Below, one piece after another: positions 19,369 through 28,685 of a stretch of 64,000 nucleotides of DNA. The stretch is from an uncultured Clostridia bacterium (lineage in GTDB: Bacteria > Bacillota > Clostridia > Christensenellales > CAG-314): positions 20,414 through 84,413 of the forward strand of contig CANRHP010000004.1 of NCBI GenBank assembly GCA_947630455.1, given 5' to 3'. The notes beneath the pieces were generated by a model that saw only the letters and a list, made by a program, of their open reading frames with translations, was not told the DNA's origin and ran no database searches. The position numbers and the translations under genes are program-made. Positions within the stretch are counted from its first letter, which is position 1, and the number at the start of each line of letters is the position of its first letter.

Positions 19369-20538
19369 CTATTTGTCGCTTACGCGCAGTACAAAACATT
19401 TGAGGTAGTGAGTTTCTAATGCCTCAAGCAGTGTCGGATGATCGGGAGCCTGAGAACGTACTTCAATACACTGTACGCTTCTGCCGCTGCGATGTGCCGC
19501 GTCTGACAACATTTTTTCAAACGCCGCTTGCGATACATGGTGTGAGCAACTGCAGGTTACAAGATATCCGTCGTTTTTCAACAATTTCATTGCCAGTGTG
19601 TTGATGTCGGCGTAGCCGCGCAGCGCGTCCTGAGCTTCGTGCGCCGTCTTTGTAAAAGCAGGCGGATCAAGTATTATGCAATCAAATTGTTTATCCGAGC
19701 TTTTGTATTCACGCAGCAATTCAAATACATCCGCGCAAACTGTTTTTATATTTCCGAAGCCGTTGAGCTCGGCATTTAGATTGACGTTGGAAAGCGCAAA
19801 TTCAGACGCGTCAACAGCGGTCACGCCTTCGGCTGTCGTTGCAGCATTCAATGCAAAGCCGCCGCTGTTGCAAAAACAGTCCAAAACTTCACCCTTGGCA
19901 TATCTACGGATTGCTGCTCGGTTTTCCTTTTGATCCAGAAAATAACCGGTTTTTTGACCTTGCCGCAGGCTTACGGCCATTCTAAGTCCGTTTTCCGTTA
20001 TTTCAACCCATTCGGGTACTTCGCCGTAGAGAAGCCCTGTTTCCTCCGGCAATCCCTCTTTTTTACGTACTGCCACATCCGATCGTTCGTAAATTCCTTT
20101 AGGCGCAAATTCATCTATCAAAGCCTTTATGATAACGCTTTTATGTTGATATATGCCCAAAGAAAGCAGCTGTACCGACAGATAGTCGCCGTATTTGTCC
20201 ACGATAAGTGCGGGCAAGCTGTCTGCCTCGGCAAATACAGCGCGATAGCAGTTGTCGTAGCCCAAATTGCGGCGCCGCTCGTTTGCGGTATGAATACGCT
20301 CGGCGATCACTGCGTCACAGTCTGTTCTGCCGTCACGGATAAATATTCGTACAAGAATTTTTGACGCATGGTTGATGAAACCGCTTCCGATGTACCGTCC
20401 GTCGGCGGTGTAAACTGTGCTTAAGCTTCCGTTTTTGTCTTTGCCGACTATTCTCGCGACCTCGTTTGCGTACACCCATGGATGTCCGTCTTCAATTCGT
20501 TTTTCTTCGCCCTTTTTTAGATAAATTTCGTATGACAT
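19369..20538 (-). CDS. RlmI/YwbD-type SAM-dependent rRNA methyltransferase with PUA domain
   Basis: 389 aa. N-terminal KKGEEKRIEDGHPWVYANEV (PUA-like) and a class I methyltransferase core (LDCFCNSGGF, ILDPPAF). Confidence 0.85.
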   Translation of the reverse strand: MSYEIYLKKGEEKRIEDGHPWVYANEVARIVGKDKNGSLSTVYTADGRYIGSGFINHASKILVRIFIRDGRTDCDAVIAERIHTANERRRNLGYDNCYRAVFAEADSLPALIVDKYGDYLSVQLLSLGIYQHKSVIIKALIDEFAPKGIYERSDVAVRKKEGLPEETGLLYGEVPEWVEITENGLRMAVSLRQGQKTGYFLDQKENRAAIRRYAKGEVLDCFCNSGGFALNAATTAEGVTAVDASEFALSNVNLNAELNGFGNIKTVCADVFELLREYKSSDKQFDCIILDPPAFTKTAHEAQDALRGYADINTLAMKLLKNDGYLVTCSCSHHVSQAAFEKMLSDAAHRSGRSVQCIEVRSQAPDHPTLLEALETHYLKCFVLRVSDK

Positions 20539-20949
20539 TTTTGGATTTATTCTCGCTTTACGGCAGCTTGTAATGGTTTTGTGCCGAGTAAGATTGTCGC
20601 TCTGCGTTTGAGGTTTGGCTCAAGGCGCCAATTGATTGTAAGCTGATCAGTATATTAAATTATAGACTATCTACCCAAAAAAAGCAAATCTTACTCAAGC
20701 GTAGATAGAGATTTTGTGAATAAACGGTTTTTGCGGTTAGCCGCGTCGCTTAGCAGTTGTGTTGCCTGTTGCCGCGAAGCTACGCAAATGTTGGAATAAA
20801 GCTATGTCTAATAGGAAAATGAGAGTAGAGTAAACGTGTTCCTTTTGCCGTAAACAGTCGGTAAACCCGTTTTTTACAAGTGATAGGTAAGCAGCATGCC
20901 TGAAGGTTGCCGGTTTTCGAAAATTTTTGCAAAATTGGTTATAAAACGC

Positions 20950-20978
20950 TGGACAGAAATCCGAAATCGGATTATAAT
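20950..20978 (+). promoter_or_regulatory. Promoter (TGGACA-17 bp-TATAAT) with an embedded 16-bp perfect palindrome; candidate MarR operator
   Basis: TGGACA 20950-20955, TATAAT 20973-20978. AATCCGA-AA-TCGGATT at 20958-20973 fills the spacer. Confidence 0.6.
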
Positions 20979-21010
20979 AAAGTACGAAATAGAATTTTAG
21001 GAGTAAAGTT

Positions 21011-21448
21011 ATGAATGAACGCATATTTTTTTACAGGCTTGGAAAGCTCGTGTATCAAATTGATGGCGTGTACGATAGGTATGGAAAAAGCTGTCGCGTA
21101 AGCTCTCCCAATCTGCTTTGGATACTATACGCTTTAAACGACGGTAAGCGGCACAGTCAGAAGCAGCTCTGCGACGATTGGGCGATCCCGCGGAGCACGG
21201 CAAATACAATCATCAAGGATTTAGAAAGCAAAAAATATATCGCGCTCTCCCAAATCAAGGGAGAGCGGCGGGAATTGCTCGTATCTCTCACCCCAAGCGG
21301 GAGGGAGTATGCGGACGGGATATTGTCCGATCTCTATAAAAGGGAAAAGGAAATTTACTCGGAGATGGAAAATCCCGAAGCTCTTCTTGACACTTTGCAG
21401 GAGTTAGCGGCGAAATTGCAAAAAATAGCCGCAAGGGAGAATAAATGA
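21011..21448 (+). CDS. MarR family transcriptional regulator
   Basis: 145 aa. Winged-helix pattern (...RSTANTIIKDLESKKYI...). AGGAG RBS. Confidence 0.8.
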   Translation: MNERIFFYRLGKLVYQIDGVYDRYGKSCRVSSPNLLWILYALNDGKRHSQKQLCDDWAIPRSTANTIIKDLESKKYIALSQIKGERRELLVSLTPSGREYADGILSDLYKREKEIYSEMENPEALLDTLQELAAKLQKIAARENK

Positions 21449-21927
21449 TGAGTCGGAAAATTTTGGCAGCATATTTTTCTGCAAGCGGAACGACGAAACG
21501 AACGGCGATATCGCTTGCAAAAGCCGCGAATGCAGACCTGTTTGAGATCGAACCCGAAGAGCCTTATACAAGTGCCGACCTCGATTGGAGGAACAAAAGG
21601 AGCCGTTCGTCGATAGAGATGAACGATCCCGCCTCCCGACCCGAAATCAAAAATCGCCTCGCAAATATGGCGGACTACGACATCGTGTTTATCGGCTTCC
21701 CTATTTGGTGGTACACGGCGCCGGCAATTATCAAGACCTTTCTCGAGAGCTACGATTTTGAGGGCAAAACCATCATTCTCTTTGCGACAAGCGGAGGGAG
21801 CGGACTGGACAAAACTGAAAGCGCATTGAAACCGTGTGCTCCGACCGCCGTTTGGAAGGGAGGAAGGCTTGTAAACGGCGCCACAGAAGGCTCTCTCAAA
21901 GCTTGGGTGGCGAGTTTGAATTTGTAA
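21445..21927 (+). CDS. Flavodoxin-family protein (cytoplasmic)
   Basis: ILAAYFSASGTT FMN-loop-like N-terminus and FIGFPIWW motif. Start overlaps the marR stop (ATGA). Confidence 0.8.
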   Translation: MMSRKILAAYFSASGTTKRTAISLAKAANADLFEIEPEEPYTSADLDWRNKRSRSSIEMNDPASRPEIKNRLANMADYDIVFIGFPIWWYTAPAIIKTFLESYDFEGKTIILFATSGGSGLDKTESALKPCAPTAVWKGGRLVNGATEGSLKAWVASLNL

Positions 21928-22123
21928 GGATCCGTTGTAATGACGGGCAGTTCGCAAAAGCACAATTTGTTCAAAACGTTTGCATGGTATCTTATTTAAA
22001 AAATACGGGGCGTAGTTCTCGGATATGGTTGCGGAACACCCGATATTACGGCTTGTTTTCGGTATATGGCAAAGGCTATGAGCTTGGCAAGAATATAAAT
22101 AATCAATTATAAGGAGTAACAAT

Positions 22124-22876
22124 ATGAACAAGATCACACAGGATGCGGGAAGAAAGTCTCTCGGGGAGTTTGCCCCCGACTTCGCACATTATAACGACGA
22201 TATTCTCTTCGGAGAAAATTGGAACAACCGCGATATAGACCACAAAATGCGGTGTATCATCACAGTAGTGGCTCTTATGTCGTCGGGAGTTACGGATAGC
22301 TCGCTTCGTTATCATCTTGAAAATGCCAAAAAGGCGGGTGTGACGAGGAAAGAAATTGCTGCAGTTGTCACGCACGTCGGCTTTTACGTCGGCTGGCCCA
22401 AAGCATGGGCGGTATTCAACATGGCGAAAGAGGTTTGGGTGGAAGAATCGGCGCAAACGGCTATGGCGGCGCATGCAAACGAAATGGTATTTCCTATCGG
22501 CGCACCGAACGACGGATTTAAACAGTATTTCAGCGGGAAAAGCTACCTTGCCCCCGTTTCTAAACAACAGGTTGGCATTTTCAACGTTACGTTCGAGCCC
22601 TCCTGCCGAAATAATTGGCATATCCACCATGCGGATAAAGGCGGCGGACAAATTCTCATCTGCGTTGCGGGGCGCGGCTACTATCAAGAGTGGGGCAAGG
22701 AAGCCGTTGAGATGAAACCGGGCGACTGCATCAACATTCCTGCGGGCGTTAAGCATTGGCACGGCGCGGCAAGGGACAGTTGGTTCTCCCATCTCGCGAT
22801 TGAGGTGCCGGGTGAAAACAGCTCAAACGAGTGGCTTGAGCCTGTCGCAGAGGACGAATACAACAAGCTTCCGTGA
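22124..22876 (+). CDS. Carboxymuconolactone decarboxylase (AhpD-like) domain fused to a cupin domain
   Basis: N-terminal CMD-like helices (...VTHVGFYVGWPKAW). C-terminal cupin (WHIHH....GGQILICVAGRG...IPAGVKHWHGA). Confidence 0.75.
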   Translation: MNKITQDAGRKSLGEFAPDFAHYNDDILFGENWNNRDIDHKMRCIITVVALMSSGVTDSSLRYHLENAKKAGVTRKEIAAVVTHVGFYVGWPKAWAVFNMAKEVWVEESAQTAMAAHANEMVFPIGAPNDGFKQYFSGKSYLAPVSKQQVGIFNVTFEPSCRNNWHIHHADKGGGQILICVAGRGYYQEWGKEAVEMKPGDCINIPAGVKHWHGAARDSWFSHLAIEVPGENSSNEWLEPVAEDEYNKLP

Positions 22877-22888
22877 GTGAGGTGGAAC

Positions 22889-23182
22889 ATGGCATTGACC
22901 ATTAATATCTATTATACGGGTACGAAGGGCAGCGCGAGAAAATTTGTTGAGGAAATGAACGCAAGCGGGCTTGTCGAAAAAATTCGCGCTGAAAAAGGCA
23001 ATCTCCGCTATAATTATTTCCTTTCTGTGGACGATCCCGAAACTATCTTGCTGATTGACGTTTGGGAAGATCAGGAAGCCCTCGACTTCCATCATAAAAG
23101 CCCTATGATGAAGGAAATCGCCGCACTGCGCGAGAAATATTGTCTCAAAATGAAGGTGCAAAAATTTAACGAAATAAATTGA
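22889..23182 (+). CDS. ABM-domain (antibiotic biosynthesis monooxygenase-like) protein
   Basis: About 97 aa. LLIDVWEDQEALDFHHKSPMM is typical of ABM/quinol monooxygenase-like proteins. Start at ATG 22889 behind GAGGTGG. Confidence 0.7.
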   Translation: MALTINIYYTGTKGSARKFVEEMNASGLVEKIRAEKGNLRYNYFLSVDDPETILLIDVWEDQEALDFHHKSPMMKEIAALREKYCLKMKVQKFNEIN

Positions 23183-23199
23183 TTTTTAGGAGTAATGAA

Positions 23200-23805
23200 A
23201 TGAAAAGAATCAAATGGCGGTACTGCTTTCTGATGGCGGTAATTGTCTGCTTTTTGTTCACATTTACGGCTTGCGGCGACGATAAGGGAAAAATTGTAAC
23301 GTCCGATTCGACAATACTTGTGGCGTATTTTTCCTGCACCGGCAACACGGAAAAAATAGCGGGCTATATTGCGGAATTTACCGGCGGTACGCTTTATCAG
23401 ATCACACCTGCCGAACCTTATACGAACGCCGATCTGAATTATAACGACAGCAGCAGTCGTACGACAAAAGAGCAAAACGACGATTCGGCTCGTCCTGCAA
23501 TCAGCGGCAACGTCAAAAATATGGCGGATTATGAAGTTATCTTTCTCGGTTATCCAATATGGTGGGAAGAAGCACCGAAGATCATCTATACTTTTCTCGA
23601 AAGTTACGATTTTTCCGGCAAGACGATAATTCCGTTCTGCACCTCGGGCGGCACCGGTATTGAGGCAAGCGTTACAAATTTGAAAAAACTTGATACCGGA
23701 GTTGAATGGTTTAAAGGCAACAAATTTTCCTCGTCGACTTCGAAAAACGAAGTGGAAGTCTGGATCAATAGCTTAAACGCCTGTAGAGGTGCACTATGGC
23801 GATAG
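23200..23805 (+). CDS. Exported lipoprotein consisting of a flavodoxin domain
   Basis: Signal peptide plus lipobox (FLFTFTAC-GDD), then a flavodoxin module (ILVAYFSCTGNTEK...LGYPIWW). AGGAG RBS before ATG 23200. Confidence 0.75.
   Translation: MKRIKWRYCFLMAVIVCFLFTFTACGDDKGKIVTSDSTILVAYFSCTGNTEKIAGYIAEFTGGTLYQITPAEPYTNADLNYNDSSSRTTKEQNDDSARPAISGNVKNMADYEVIFLGYPIWWEEAPKIIYTFLESYDFSGKTIIPFCTSGGTGIEASVTNLKKLDTGVEWFKGNKFSSSTSKNEVEVWINSLNACRGALWR
23317..23647 (+). repeat. Copy 1 of a 331-bp near-identical direct repeat (flavodoxin module)
   Basis: Hand alignment with 25833-26163 shows 2 mismatches in 331 bp. Flanks are unrelated. Confidence 0.9.
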
Positions 23806-24737
23806 ATTTTCATGCACATATCATTACCCCGGAATACAAGCGGGGATTGGAATCCTTGGGCATCGACCCCATTGTCGCCGATGGATTTGCTTTGCCAAAT
23901 TGGAGTACGGAAGCACACCTCGGATTTATGCGGGAAGCGGAGATTGAGCATACTGTGCTTTCTTCGCCCACGCCGCACCTTTGGTGCGACGATGAGAGGC
24001 TCACTGCAAAAATACACAGGGAAGTCAATTGTTCCATTGCGGAAATCTGCAAAAAATATCCCGACAAATTCTCCTTTGTCGCTTCCGTTCCCCTTCCTTA
24101 TGCACACGCTGCGATTGAAGAATACCGCTATGCAAAGGAGAAGCTTGGTGCGGTCGGCGTGAAGCTCACGACAAATTCTGGCGGGGTATATTTGGGCGAT
24201 CCTTTACTGGATGATTTTATGAGGGAACTCGATAAAAATCGCGCGCTTGCGATCATTCATCCGCAGAGAGCCGCAGAGTATCCCCAAACGCTTATCACGG
24301 GAAAGGTTGCCGCAATCTTTGAGTATCCCACCGATACGACGCGGACGGTTCTCAACATGATAGCACATAAAGTCATGACTAAATTTCCGAAAATTCGGTT
24401 CGTTATTCCGCATACAGGTTCGTTTCTACCCTATATGCTGCAGCGATTTACAGGCGTTTCGCAAGTATTGGCGTCGCTCGACATTATGGAGATTGTGGAT
24501 GTACAAAAAGAATTTCAAAATTTATATTTCGATATCGCGGGAGACCCCGAACCCGTCGCCCTCGATATGCTGCTAATGGTGGCGAGCGAAGATAAAATCG
24601 TGTACGGAAGCGACTTTCCGCACTCCCCTGCGAAGGTCGTTCTTGCAAAGAAAAAGCATTTGGATGAAAACCCAAAATATACCAGACTTATCCGCAAAAT
24701 TTACGCAGAAAACGAAAGAAATTGTCTTGGAAAATAG
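23796..24737 (+). CDS. Amidohydrolase_2 family protein (ACMSD/LigW-like non-oxidative decarboxylase fold)
   Basis: IDFHAH at the N-terminus, internal IIHPQ and VIPHTG, C-terminal GSDFPH. This is the metal-ligand pattern of the amidohydrolase-2 family. Confidence 0.75.
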   Translation: MAIDFHAHIITPEYKRGLESLGIDPIVADGFALPNWSTEAHLGFMREAEIEHTVLSSPTPHLWCDDERLTAKIHREVNCSIAEICKKYPDKFSFVASVPLPYAHAAIEEYRYAKEKLGAVGVKLTTNSGGVYLGDPLLDDFMRELDKNRALAIIHPQRAAEYPQTLITGKVAAIFEYPTDTTRTVLNMIAHKVMTKFPKIRFVIPHTGSFLPYMLQRFTGVSQVLASLDIMEIVDVQKEFQNLYFDIAGDPEPVALDMLLMVASEDKIVYGSDFPHSPAKVVLAKKKHLDENPKYTRLIRKIYAENERNCLGK

Positions 24738-24755
24738 AAAAAGGAACAAACTATC

Positions 24756-26300
24756 ATGAAAAAGCTTGTTTATATTTTATTAGCTGTTTTGCTTTGTATG
24801 AATTTTGTTCTCTCCGCTTGCGGCGAAAAAGGCGGCGGCAACAACAGCAACAAAAATGATCACGAATACGATATATATTACACCGTGACCTTTGACAGTC
24901 AAGGAGGAAGCGCGGTTGACAGTCAGCGAGTACTCGCGGGAAATCCCGCCACAGTGCCTACTTCTCCTACTAAAAGCAATTGTGAATTTAACGGTTGGTA
25001 TCGCTCGTCAAGCGACGCTGTGCAATGGAACTTTGCCACCGACCGCGTTAACGAAAATATCACGCTTTACGCCCATTGGACGGAGAAACAGGATACGCTT
25101 GTGCCAAGTGAGATGCTTACGTTCGAAAAGAGCGTTGAAGGATTTATCGTCACGGGCGACAGTGGGCAGTTGGCAAGTATTGTCATTCCCGCCGAACATG
25201 ACGGCGTGCCCGTCGTCGGAATTGCCGACAGCGCGTTTGCCTACTCAAAGCACATGTCGGAGATTCTCTCCGTGACCATTCCCGACAGCGTGACGGAAAT
25301 CGGCAAAAACGCTTTCCACAATCAGTCCGCGCTCGTTTCGGTGGATATCGGTACAAACAGCAAACTTGAAAAGATCGGGAACAACGCATTTTCGGGCAAC
25401 AGCGCACTCAAATCCATCTATTTGCCTGCAGGATTGAACTCCCTCGGTGATGACGTTTTCAACAACTGCGGCGGTTTGAAAACAATCACGGTTGCGGCGG
25501 AAAACACCCGTTATTCGGGAGAGGGGAATTGCCTCATAGATAACTCAACGCATACTCTTATTCGCGGCAGCAATACGAGTGTCATTCCCGAAACGGTTAC
25601 AAAGATAGGTGTGGCGGCGTTTCGCAGAGCAACGCTTACGGTGCTCACGATTCCGACATCTGTTACTTCCATTGAAAAATATGCCATTTCCGACAGCGCG
25701 ATCACAAAGATAAATTACAATGGCACTTCTGCGGAATGGGAAACCCTCATGGCAGCGTCGTCAAAATATTGGGATATGGGCAAGGAAACGGTTGAAGTTG
25801 TTTTCTCGGACACGACAAGAACAAGTCATATTCTTGTGGCGTACTTTTCCTGCACCGGCAACACGGAAAAAATAGCGGGCTATATTGCGGAATTTACCGG
25901 CGGTACGCTTTATCAGATCACACCTGCCGAACCTTATACGAACGCCGATCTGAATTATAACGACAGCAGCAGTCGTACGACAAAAGAGCAAAACGACGAT
26001 TCGGCTCGTCCTGCAATCAGCGGCAACGTCAAAAATATGGCGGATTATGAAGTTATCTTTCTCGGTTATCCAATATGGTGGGAAGAAGCACCGAAGATCA
26101 TCTATACTTTTCTCGAAAGTTACGATTTTTCCGGCAAGACGATAATCCCGTTCTGCACCTCGGCAAGCAGTCCTATGGGCAGTAGCGCAAATAATTTGCA
26201 CAGCCTAACAAGCGGCGCAATTTGGCAAAGCGGTATGCACTTTTCCGGCAATTCAACGCAAGGCAATGTACAGTCCTGGCTAAACGGCTTGGAGTACTAA
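24756..26300 (+). CDS. Exported lipoprotein: InlB B-repeat, BspA-type leucine-rich repeats and a C-terminal flavodoxin domain
   Basis: Lipobox FVLSAC-GEKGG. B-repeat (F.GWYRS...ITLYAHW). LRR_5-like repeats (IP.SVT.IG..AF). The C-terminal 150 aa are almost identical to the 23200 protein. Confidence 0.8.
   Translation: MKKLVYILLAVLLCMNFVLSACGEKGGGNNSNKNDHEYDIYYTVTFDSQGGSAVDSQRVLAGNPATVPTSPTKSNCEFNGWYRSSSDAVQWNFATDRVNENITLYAHWTEKQDTLVPSEMLTFEKSVEGFIVTGDSGQLASIVIPAEHDGVPVVGIADSAFAYSKHMSEILSVTIPDSVTEIGKNAFHNQSALVSVDIGTNSKLEKIGNNAFSGNSALKSIYLPAGLNSLGDDVFNNCGGLKTITVAAENTRYSGEGNCLIDNSTHTLIRGSNTSVIPETVTKIGVAAFRRATLTVLTIPTSVTSIEKYAISDSAITKINYNGTSAEWETLMAASSKYWDMGKETVEVVFSDTTRTSHILVAYFSCTGNTEKIAGYIAEFTGGTLYQITPAEPYTNADLNYNDSSSRTTKEQNDDSARPAISGNVKNMADYEVIFLGYPIWWEEAPKIIYTFLESYDFSGKTIIPFCTSASSPMGSSANNLHSLTSGAIWQSGMHFSGNSTQGNVQSWLNGLEY
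25833..26163 (+). repeat. Copy 2 of the 331-bp near-identical direct repeat
   Basis: See copy 1. The two mismatches are T/C transitions (GCGTAT/GCGTAC and GATAATT/GATAATC). Confidence 0.9.
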
Positions 26301-26336
26301 AAACCTTCTGCGGTAAGAGAAAATATAGTTATGACA

Positions 26337-26370
26337 GAAAAACAGCGAGGAAATATTTCTCGCTGTTTTT
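26337..26370. terminator. Bidirectional rho-independent terminator
   Basis: AAAAACAGCGAG-GAAATATTT-CTCGCTGTTTTT hairpin between convergent genes. Confidence 0.8.
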
Positions 26371-26449
26371 GTGATTTGTTCACAGATGTATTTCGGTAAC
26401 AAAATTTTTATTTGTTTTCTTATCGCTATCGTTAATGTTGGATTTGCCC

Positions 26450-27583
26450 TTATATCGACGACTTGGAAATCATTTCCACTGCGTTGAGTAAAGAATAACA
26501 TTCTTCCTTTTCTGTAATACAGCTGACGGAAGCACGCACGACGCCTTGCTCAAAGGTGCCCAGATATCGGTGCATCAATGGCGCGCATTGCAGCCCGCCG
26601 CGTACTGCCACATCATATTTTTCGGCGAGCAGATCGGAAATTTCCGTACTGTCCCGCTTACCTATGTTAAAAGCCACAATGCCGCTCTTATTCGGTTGAG
26701 AGTAAATTGTTACACCGTGTATTTTTTGCAGTCCTTCGAGAATGGTGCGCTGCATTTCCACAACCGTTTCTCGATTGTGTTTCCAGTTCGCCAGCCACCA
26801 ATCCAAACCGGCATTCATTGCAAGAATGGCAGGACATGGCAATGTGCCGCTTTCCAGACAGTCAGGCACTGTGTTCGGCTGGTAATACAGGTGACTTTCC
26901 GTCCCTGTTCCGCCGTAATTTATTGGACGGGGAATGGCACGCTTGCCGAATATCAGGGCGCCTGCGCCTTGCATTGCATGCAGTCCTTTGTGCGCAGCTA
27001 TTGCTACCATGTCAACATTTGCTTTTGCCATATCAAGAGCAAAGTAACCAATGCTTTGAGCGCAGTCCACCAACAGTTTTACATTGCGGCGTCGGCATAC
27101 GAGACCGATTTCGTCCACATTTTGCGCAGTTCCTGTAACATTGCTTGCATGTGACACGCACACAAGGTAAGTATTGGGTCGCAAGCATCGTTCTATTTCT
27201 TCGGCAGTGATCATCCCGGCGGAATTGGGTTGCGCAACGGAAACTTCGACATAGCCTTTCTTTTTAAGCTGCATTACCGGCCGTAATACGGAGTTGTGCT
27301 CGGTTGCGGTGATAACCACGTGTCCTCGCTGCGCTGTGCCGAGTATCGCGAGGTTCAGCGCTGCAGTACAGCCTCCGGTAAACGCCACATGCAGCTCGCT
27401 GTCGTTGTTGAGCATCAGGTGCAGTTTGCGGCGAGTTTCGTACAGCTTTTCCTGCAGTGTGAGCGACAGCTTGTTTCCACTGCGGTTTGGATTGTAAGGA
27501 TACTTTGTCAGACAGTCCGTCACCGCGTCAATAACTTGCTGCGGTTTGTAATTAGTCGTAGCGGCATTGTCGAGGTAAATCAT
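26450..27583 (-). CDS. Class V aminotransferase / cysteine desulfurase family protein
   Basis: IYLDNAATT N-terminus; AIAAHKGLH region fits the PLP-lysine motif; SHASNVTG. Start moved to ATG 27583 behind GGAGA. Confidence 0.8.
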   Translation of the reverse strand: MIYLDNAATTNYKPQQVIDAVTDCLTKYPYNPNRSGNKLSLTLQEKLYETRRKLHLMLNNDSELHVAFTGGCTAALNLAILGTAQRGHVVITATEHNSVLRPVMQLKKKGYVEVSVAQPNSAGMITAEEIERCLRPNTYLVCVSHASNVTGTAQNVDEIGLVCRRRNVKLLVDCAQSIGYFALDMAKANVDMVAIAAHKGLHAMQGAGALIFGKRAIPRPINYGGTGTESHLYYQPNTVPDCLESGTLPCPAILAMNAGLDWWLANWKHNRETVVEMQRTILEGLQKIHGVTIYSQPNKSGIVAFNIGKRDSTEISDLLAEKYDVAVRGGLQCAPLMHRYLGTFEQGVVRASVSCITEKEECYSLLNAVEMISKSSI

Positions 27584-27685
27584 ATTATTCTCCACACACT
27601 TTTTTGACACTTGTTCAGTAATATATTTTATGGGAATATTTTTGCCGTATGCCACGGGTTGCGCCTTTTACATAAGGAGAAAATT

Positions 27686-27937
27686 ATGGAATATATTTTA
27701 GCCGTGTACCGTTCGAGAAACGTTGCAATAAAGGCATACAATTATTTGATAAGCAACGGCGTCACCTGCGCGCTTGTGTCCACTCCGCGTGGCGCAGGTG
27801 TTGGATGCGGATTATCTGTAAAGCTCTCCCGCGACGACTTTTTTCGTATGAGGCAAGTGTTGTCACGCGGCGAAAGCTTTGTCGGATTTTTTCTCTACAA
27901 AAACACATACAGCGGCGGTACGCTTACTCGTCTGTGA
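27686..27937 (+). CDS. DUF3343-like small protein (putative S/Se carrier)
   Basis: 83 aa. YILAVYRS...A...L...G......TPR...GCG pattern. Divergent from the cysteine desulfurase gene. AAGGAGA RBS. Confidence 0.65.
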   Translation: MEYILAVYRSRNVAIKAYNYLISNGVTCALVSTPRGAGVGCGLSVKLSRDDFFRMRQVLSRGESFVGFFLYKNTYSGGTLTRL

Positions 27938-27952
27938 ATACAGTGCAAACTC

Positions 27953-27981
27953 TTGAAAATTTACGGCATTTGGGGTATAAT
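27953..27981 (+). promoter_or_regulatory. Sigma-A type promoter (TTGAAA-17 bp-TATAAT)
   Basis: TTGAAA 27953-27958, TATAAT 27976-27981. Confidence 0.6.
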
Positions 27982-28013
27982 ATATTTGGTTAAATTTAAT
28001 TAAATCAGCCGAA

Positions 28014-28685
28014 TTGTTGTACCCTTCCCTTTTTGAGGAGCAAACGGACGTGACAGATACAAAAGCTATTTTAGAAATACTTTCAAAAGATTTTCCGGAC
28101 GCCAAGAGCGAATTGCATTTCAACTCTCCGTATGAGTTGATCGTTGCGGTTATTTTGTCCGCGCAGTGTACAGACAAACGAGTCAATTTGGTAACTCCGG
28201 CATTGTTTAACGAGGCTCCGACGGTGGACAAGCTTGCTGCAATACCCACCGAACGTTTGGAAATGCTCATTCGTTCCTGTGGATTTTATCACACAAAGGC
28301 GGCTCATCTAAAACAGATGGCGCACGATGTTGTAGAGCGCTTCGGCGGCAATATACCCGACAATCTCGACGATCTTCAAACTCTTGCGGGAGTTGGACGT
28401 AAAACCGCCAACGTTGTGTATGCCGTCGGTTTCGGCGGACAGGCTATTGCAGTGGATACTCACGTTTTTCGCGTATCCAACAGGCTTGGCATTGCGAGCG
28501 CCGACAACGTACTGGACACCGAAAAACAACTTATGCAGGTCATTCCTAGGGAACAATGGGCAGACAGTCATCACTACATATTGCTGCACGGCAGATACGT
28601 GTGTAAAGCTCAGCGACCGCTGTGCGACCAATGTTCAGTGAAAAGCTATTGCAAATACTACGAGGAACATCATGCCGAACATTGA
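28014..28685 (+). CDS. nth: Endonuclease III
   Basis: ELIVAVILSAQCTD, HhH-GPD motif LAGVGRKTANVV and a C-terminal 4-Cys cluster (C.......C..C.....C). The start is uncertain: TTG 28014 or GTG 28050 behind GAGGAG. Confidence 0.9.
   Translation: MLYPSLFEEQTDVTDTKAILEILSKDFPDAKSELHFNSPYELIVAVILSAQCTDKRVNLVTPALFNEAPTVDKLAAIPTERLEMLIRSCGFYHTKAAHLKQMAHDVVERFGGNIPDNLDDLQTLAGVGRKTANVVYAVGFGGQAIAVDTHVFRVSNRLGIASADNVLDTEKQLMQVIPREQWADSHHYILLHGRYVCKAQRPLCDQCSVKSYCKYYEEHHAEH

Noticed and set aside
21355-22792. Minus-strand ORFs 21355-22137 and 22103-22792 across the flavodoxin and CMD-cupin genes
   Set aside because: They are antisense to motif-supported genes arranged as an operon.
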